A stretch of DNA of 52,987 bases from an uncultured Enterobacteriaceae bacterium. GTDB taxonomy: Bacteria > Pseudomonadota > Gammaproteobacteria > Eutrophobiales > Eutrophobiaceae. The stretch lies in contig CAZDXS010000125.1 of the NCBI GenBank assembly GCA_964509455.1, positions 1 through 52,987 on the forward strand. The letters run 5' to 3'. Below the pieces are notes generated by a model, which had not been told where the DNA came from, made no database searches, and saw only the letters and a list, made by a program, of their open reading frames with translations. Each line of letters starts with the position of its first letter. The stretch's first letter is position 1. Shown piece after piece: positions 48,687-52,987 of this stretch. The translations under genes and the position numbers were made by a program.

Positions 48687-49512
48687 GTTCTTCATCCAGC
48701 GCCGCGGCGTCAATTAGCTCGCCGCCCAGATCGCCGAGCATCCGCACTAGCGCGTCTTGCGCCTGTCGGAGCCGGCCCGAGTCCGTGCCGCGCAACACCA
48801 GGCTGACTTCCGCCCGCCCATTTCTCAGGCGGGGGTAACTGCCCATGTCGATGTCTGGGTATTGCTGTTGCAACGCGCCAAGGCCGCCGGCGATCACGCT
48901 TTCCGCCAGGTTGGTGGCGACGCCCGTCGTGATGATGGGGGCTCCCTGCGCCAGCCGGTCGCCCAGCCCGTCCAGCATGGCCGCAAACACCCGGGGAACG
49001 CCGGCCAGCACGAACACGTTCTCTAACTTAAACCCCGGTGCGCCGCTGAGGGGATTTTCCACCAGCACCGCGCCCACTGGCACGTCCGCCATTTTCAACC
49101 GGGGCGCGGTCAGTTGCCCCTCCTCGTAGTATTGACCCAGTGCCGCCGAGGCCTGGGCATTGCGCTCTAAGGTCACGCCGAACGCCCGGGCAACGGCCGC
49201 CGCGGTGATGTCGTCATGGGTGGGGCCAATGCCGCCGGTGGTGAAAACGTAATCGAATGCGGCGCGGCAAGCATTCACCGCATCCACGATGCACTCTTCT
49301 ATGTCGGGGATGACCCGCGCCTCGGCGAGGCGAATTCCCAGGGCGTCGCAACGTTTGCCGAGTACGGACAGGTTGGCGTCCTGGGTGCGTCCGGACAGGA
49401 TTTCATTGCCGATGATCAGCAAGCAGGCGGTAGTCTGGCGCGGTGCCGCGGCGGTGCGCCCACCGCGGTTGCTCCGTTCCGGTTGCTCCCCTGTCGATGC
49501 AATGGAAACCAT
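48679..49512 (-). CDS. CinA-like / molybdopterin-binding domain protein
   Basis: LIIGNEILSGRTQD.N, TTGGIGPTHDDIT, N...GAPG, LAGVP, GSYP. Start uncertain. Confidence 0.88.
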   Translation of the reverse strand: MVSIASTGEQPERSNRGGRTAAAPRQTTACLLIIGNEILSGRTQDANLSVLGKRCDALGIRLAEARVIPDIEECIVDAVNACRAAFDYVFTTGGIGPTHDDITAAAVARAFGVTLERNAQASAALGQYYEEGQLTAPRLKMADVPVGAVLVENPLSGAPGFKLENVFVLAGVPRVFAAMLDGLGDRLAQGAPIITTGVATNLAESVIAGGLGALQQQYPDIDMGSYPRLRNGRAEVSLVLRGTDSGRLRQAQDALVRMLGDLGGELIDAAALDEEHE

Positions 49513-49514
49513 GT

Positions 49515-50660
49515 TCACCGGGGAGCGTATTGCCAACCCACTGTTACGGCCCAGTCGGTTTCCATCTGCACGCCGTTCAGGTTGCGAAGCAACGGCAGGG
49601 CGGCTTCCACCGCCAGCCGGTGCTCGCCCAGGACCACCAGGTTGACGCCCAGTCCCAGGTTCAGGACATCGCCGCCGTAGTTGTCGGGGTCGGCGGTTTG
49701 CACGGGACCCCGAATCTGCGGATCCATGCCGTTTATGCGCCCCGCTGTTTCATAGCGCAAGCGCACCGAGGCGCTGGCGGCCGTCACCCACTGGCGGCTC
49801 ATCCAGGCGCTGAACTCGTGCCGGTCGCCCAGGGAGTAGCCCTTGTCGCTGCCGGTTCGAAACGTCCCCAGATACTGCCCGCCCCAGTGCCAGGGCGTCC
49901 GGCGCCCGCTGTAGGTGACGCCCGGCATCAGGTCCCAAGTGCCGGAACCGAGTTGCATGGCGTACGGCACGCGCATTACCGGCTGGTCGCCGTTGGGCGC
50001 CAGGATGCGGTGCGTCTTGTCGTTGGCGCCGGTGGGCAGGCTGAGCCCGGCATTGAGGTGGATCCTGTGCGCTCCCTGCTCCCACAGGTTGAGCAGGGCG
50101 CCGACCCGGGCATCGCCCAGCCCCGATGTGTTCACCCTGAAGCGGCCGCGCCGCGCCGCGCCGGCGGCGCCCATGTAGGTAATATGCTCCATTTTCTTTT
50201 CCAGGTAGCGGCCCATGGCCGTTAGCGTCAGCCGTTCCAAGGGCGCGTACATGGCGCCGACCGCATGCATCTGCATGCTCATGGAGACGGGCACGATGCG
50301 CAGGGTGGGCGGTTGTCCCGGTGCGCCGAAAAAACGATTGGGTATGGTTTCGGCAATGGCATCGGCAGTGATGGGTGTGGAACCCCTGCGGTTGCCGTTC
50401 ATGTCCATGAGCATGAAGCGGTAACTCAGCATCCATTCGCCCCGCGCGTGCGTATGGTCGCCCATCACGCCTATGGGCGCGTGGTCAGCGGCATTGACGA
50501 TGCCGCCGACCCCCGTTGCGTCCGCCTGCGCCGGCGGGACGGCGGCGAGGAACAACAGCACGGGCAACATGACCCACAACGCCGCGCCGGTGCCGGTGCG
50601 GCGCCTCGCCATGCCGTTGCACTCGCGGCGGAGTAATGAAAAGAAGCGTCGTGCGGTCAT
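49515..50660 (-). CDS. Outer-membrane beta-barrel 'transporter' (MetA-pathway/phenol degradation family) with His/Met-rich N-terminus
   Basis: Signal peptide, then DHAPIGVMGDHTH..GEWMLSYRFM.MDM; G.GD; PY.MQLGSGT.D; alternating beta-strand pattern. Start 50660 or 50612. Confidence 0.75.
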   Translation of the reverse strand: MTARRFFSLLRRECNGMARRRTGTGAALWVMLPVLLFLAAVPPAQADATGVGGIVNAADHAPIGVMGDHTHARGEWMLSYRFMLMDMNGNRRGSTPITADAIAETIPNRFFGAPGQPPTLRIVPVSMSMQMHAVGAMYAPLERLTLTAMGRYLEKKMEHITYMGAAGAARRGRFRVNTSGLGDARVGALLNLWEQGAHRIHLNAGLSLPTGANDKTHRILAPNGDQPVMRVPYAMQLGSGTWDLMPGVTYSGRRTPWHWGGQYLGTFRTGSDKGYSLGDRHEFSAWMSRQWVTAASASVRLRYETAGRINGMDPQIRGPVQTADPDNYGGDVLNLGLGVNLVVLGEHRLAVEAALPLLRNLNGVQMETDWAVTVGWQYAPR

Positions 50661-50911
50661 GAGTGTTTTGGGAATTATATCCGTAAACAGGCAGATGATT
50701 GATGCCGCGATGCGGCACAACCGGCGCACAGGAGTAAGCGCCCTGGAGGAAACCAGGCCGGACAATAAAGCCCCAGTGGCTTCGGCTGGGGCGGCTTCCA
50801 GGAAAAGGGCAACCGGACGCGGCGGCGATGCTGTACGGTCGGCCTGTGAAGCTTCGAATGGCTCATAAGGAGGACTTTGCCCGATCATGGATACGCTTCC
50901 TAGTGTTATTC

Positions 50912-51775
50912 TCATTGCCGGCGCGGCTTGATGCGCGTCTTGATGTTGTCGATGAGCCGGGCCTTGCCCAGCCAGGCGGCGGCCAGTATGGACAGCTGCG
51001 TGTCGTTCCGCCCCGGCGTTCCCAGGTCCTCCGTGCGCCGAATGCTCACGTATTCCGGCTTGAACCCGGCCTGCTCCAGCCTGTCCATGGCCTCTCGCTC
51101 AATCTCCTCCAGGGACTTTGCGCCGCTTCGCAGTTGCCCCGCGGCCTCTTCCAGGGTCTTGTATATGGCGGGCGCCCGGCGGCGCTCCTCCCCGTCCAGG
51201 TAGGCGTTGCGGGAGCTCATCGCCAGCCCGTCCGCCTCGCGCACGATGGGTATGCCCGCTATCTCGACCGGCAGGCACAGGTCGCTGACCATTTTCTTGA
51301 TGACCAGCAGTTGCTGGTAGTCTTTCTCGCCGAACAGGGCTACGTCCGGTTGTGCGTTGATGAGCAGTTTTGCGACCACCGTGGCGACGCCGGAGAAATG
51401 CCCGGGCCGGGATTTGCCGCAGAGTATGTTGGACAGCCCTGGGACGCTGACCCGGGTGTCTATGTCCGTGCCGCCGGGGTACAACTGCCGCAGGTCGGGC
51501 ATGAACAGCAGGTCCAGCCCGTATTGCTCCAGCCTGTTCTTGTCTTCCGCCAGGGTGCTGGGGTACTTGTCGTAATCCTCCCCGCGACCAAACTGTATCG
51601 GGTTGACGAAGATGCTCAGCACGGTGCGCTCGGCCCGGTCGCGGGCCTGGTTGAGCAGGGCGATATGCCCGTCGTGCAGGTTGCCCATGGTGGGAACCAG
51701 GGCGATGGAACGTCCCGCCCTTTTCCAGCTGCTGACGACCGCGCGCAACCCGTCCAGGCTGGACACGGTCTCCAT
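50912..51775 (-). CDS. panC: Pantoate--beta-alanine ligase
   Basis: VPTMGNLHDGH, FVNP.QF, RPGHF.GVA, FGEKDYQQ, GLAMSSRN, RLIDN. Start 51775 or 51841. Confidence 0.97.
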   Translation of the reverse strand: METVSSLDGLRAVVSSWKRAGRSIALVPTMGNLHDGHIALLNQARDRAERTVLSIFVNPIQFGRGEDYDKYPSTLAEDKNRLEQYGLDLLFMPDLRQLYPGGTDIDTRVSVPGLSNILCGKSRPGHFSGVATVVAKLLINAQPDVALFGEKDYQQLLVIKKMVSDLCLPVEIAGIPIVREADGLAMSSRNAYLDGEERRRAPAIYKTLEEAAGQLRSGAKSLEEIEREAMDRLEQAGFKPEYVSIRRTEDLGTPGRNDTQLSILAAAWLGKARLIDNIKTRIKPRRQ

Positions 51776-51847
51776 CAGCGGCGCCCCGCCCAGGGGTTCA
51801 ATAACGACTTCGTCTGCGATGCCGGGTCTTGTCAGCGCCATGTTGCG

Positions 51848-52648
51848 TTACTTGAATGAGTGTTCTTCCCCCGGAAACGCGCCGTCCTTGACCGCGCGAA
51901 TGTACGCCTTGACGGCCGCGCGTACGTCCCCGGCGCCGGCCAGGAAGTTCCTCGCCATGCGCGGCGTTCGCGCCGACAGCCCCAATGCATCATACACCAC
52001 CAGCACCTGCCCGTCACAGTGTATGCCCGCGCCGATGCCGATGGTGGGAATGGTTGTCTCGCCGCTGATGCGCCGCGCCAGCGCCGCCGGAATGCATTCC
52101 AGCACCAACATGGCGGCGCCGGCGGCCTCTAATGCCCTGGCGTCCGCACGAATGATCTCGGCCTGTTTGCCGCCGCGGCCTTGCACCTTGTAGCCGCCGT
52201 ATTTTTTAATGGACTGGGGTTGCAGTCCGATGTGGCCGCAGACGGGAATGCCGCGCCGGACCAGCTCCTCCACGATGCCTGCCTGGGTTGCGCCGCCTTC
52301 CAGCTTGACCGCCTCGGCGCCGCCCGCATCCATCAGCCGGCGCGCGTTGTCGTACGCCATGGATGCGGTTTCGTAGCTGCGATACGGCATATCGACCACG
52401 ACCAGGGCGCGCCGGCAGGCCCGCCCGGCGATACTGCCGTGATAGATCATGTCCTCCATGGAGACGCCCAGGGTGTTTTCCTCCCCGTGCAAAACCATGC
52501 CCAGCGAATCGCCCACCAGCACGATATCGATGCCGGCCGCGTCCAGGGCGCCGGCCATGCAGGCGTCGTAAGCCGTCAGGGAAGTGATTTTCTCGCCGCT
52601 TTGCTTTAACTCCAGCAGGCGGGCGGGCGTAATCTTGGCGCCCGTCAT
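51848..52648 (-). CDS. panB: 3-methyl-2-oxobutanoate hydroxymethyltransferase
   Basis: LTAYD, LVGDSLG, VKLEGG, GHIGL.PQ, VLEC, IGIGAG..CDGQVLV. Confidence 0.98.
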   Translation of the reverse strand: MTGAKITPARLLELKQSGEKITSLTAYDACMAGALDAAGIDIVLVGDSLGMVLHGEENTLGVSMEDMIYHGSIAGRACRRALVVVDMPYRSYETASMAYDNARRLMDAGGAEAVKLEGGATQAGIVEELVRRGIPVCGHIGLQPQSIKKYGGYKVQGRGGKQAEIIRADARALEAAGAAMLVLECIPAALARRISGETTIPTIGIGAGIHCDGQVLVVYDALGLSARTPRMARNFLAGAGDVRAAVKAYIRAVKDGAFPGEEHSFK

Positions 52649-52987
52649 GTCGGAGAGGCGTCCAGCCTGGTGCGCAACACCATGCCCAGCGAATCGCCCA
52701 CCAGCACGATATCGATGCCGGCCGCGTCCAGGACGCCGGCCATGCAGGCGTCGTAAGCCGTCAGGGAAGTGATTTTTTCGCCGCTTTGCTTTAACTCCAG
52801 CAGGCGGGCGGGCGTAATCTTGCCGTCCGTCATGTCGGGGATGCGTCCAGCCTGGTGTGCAACACCATGCCCAGCGAATCGCCCACCAGCACGATATCGA
52901 TGCCGGCCGCGTCCAGGACGCCGGCCATGCAGGCGTCGTAAGCCGTCAGGGAAGTGATTTTTTCGCCGCTTTGCTTTAACTCCAGCA
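52487..52987. repeat. 185-bp tandem array copying the panB 5' end (units 52487-52671, 52672-52856, 52857 to window end)
   Basis: CCATGCCCAGCGAATCG at 52495, 52680 and 52865; units are near-identical. Confidence 0.95.
52645..52833 (-). pseudogene. panB 5'-fragment mini-ORF (62 aa); a further copy runs from 52830 off the window
   Basis: Matches panB residues 1-53, then RTRLDASPT*. Its stop overlaps the panB ATG (ATGA). Confidence 0.8.

Overview
GC-rich gammaproteobacterial chromosome segment (atpIBEFHAGDC-glmU synteny; gamma-type AtpA insertion '[18 protein letters not shown]'). The ankyrin protein and gene relics would fit a marine host-associated lifestyle (inference). From left to right it contains: the end of a secreted-type protein, an ankyrin-repeat protein, hisN, a clade-D beta-carbonic anhydrase, ada, rraA, glmU, the full F1Fo ATP synthase operon, a redoxin and RidA. 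Next comes a tightly packed 11-gene, ~12 kb minus-strand operon (15311-27393) that looks like an uncharacterised proton-motive-force-driven envelope machine. It encodes a MotA/TolQ/ExbB channel, two ExbD/MotB-like Asp-TM proteins with coiled-coil and VWA domains, an actin/Hsp70-fold plus FHA-like protein, a PEGA plus non-catalytic FGE protein, a TPR protein, four lipoproteins and a small secreted protein. This is followed by an M48 peptidase, a succinoglycan-like polysaccharide cluster (ExoA-like, Wzy, truncated GT2, Wzx, tandem double ExoL-like), a radical SAM protein, a 7-gene putative amine-catabolic operon, a CmoA-like methyltransferase, a CinA-like protein, an outer-membrane transporter, panC and panB. 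Unusual non-coding structure: two tandem arrays (194 bp and 185 bp) that each copy a gene junction plus the 5' end of the downstream gene as chains of overlapping mini-ORFs; a modular MITE-like element in two permuted copies; and a codon-context footprint suggestive of GCWGC cytosine methylation. No rRNA, tRNA, CRISPR array or transposase was seen.
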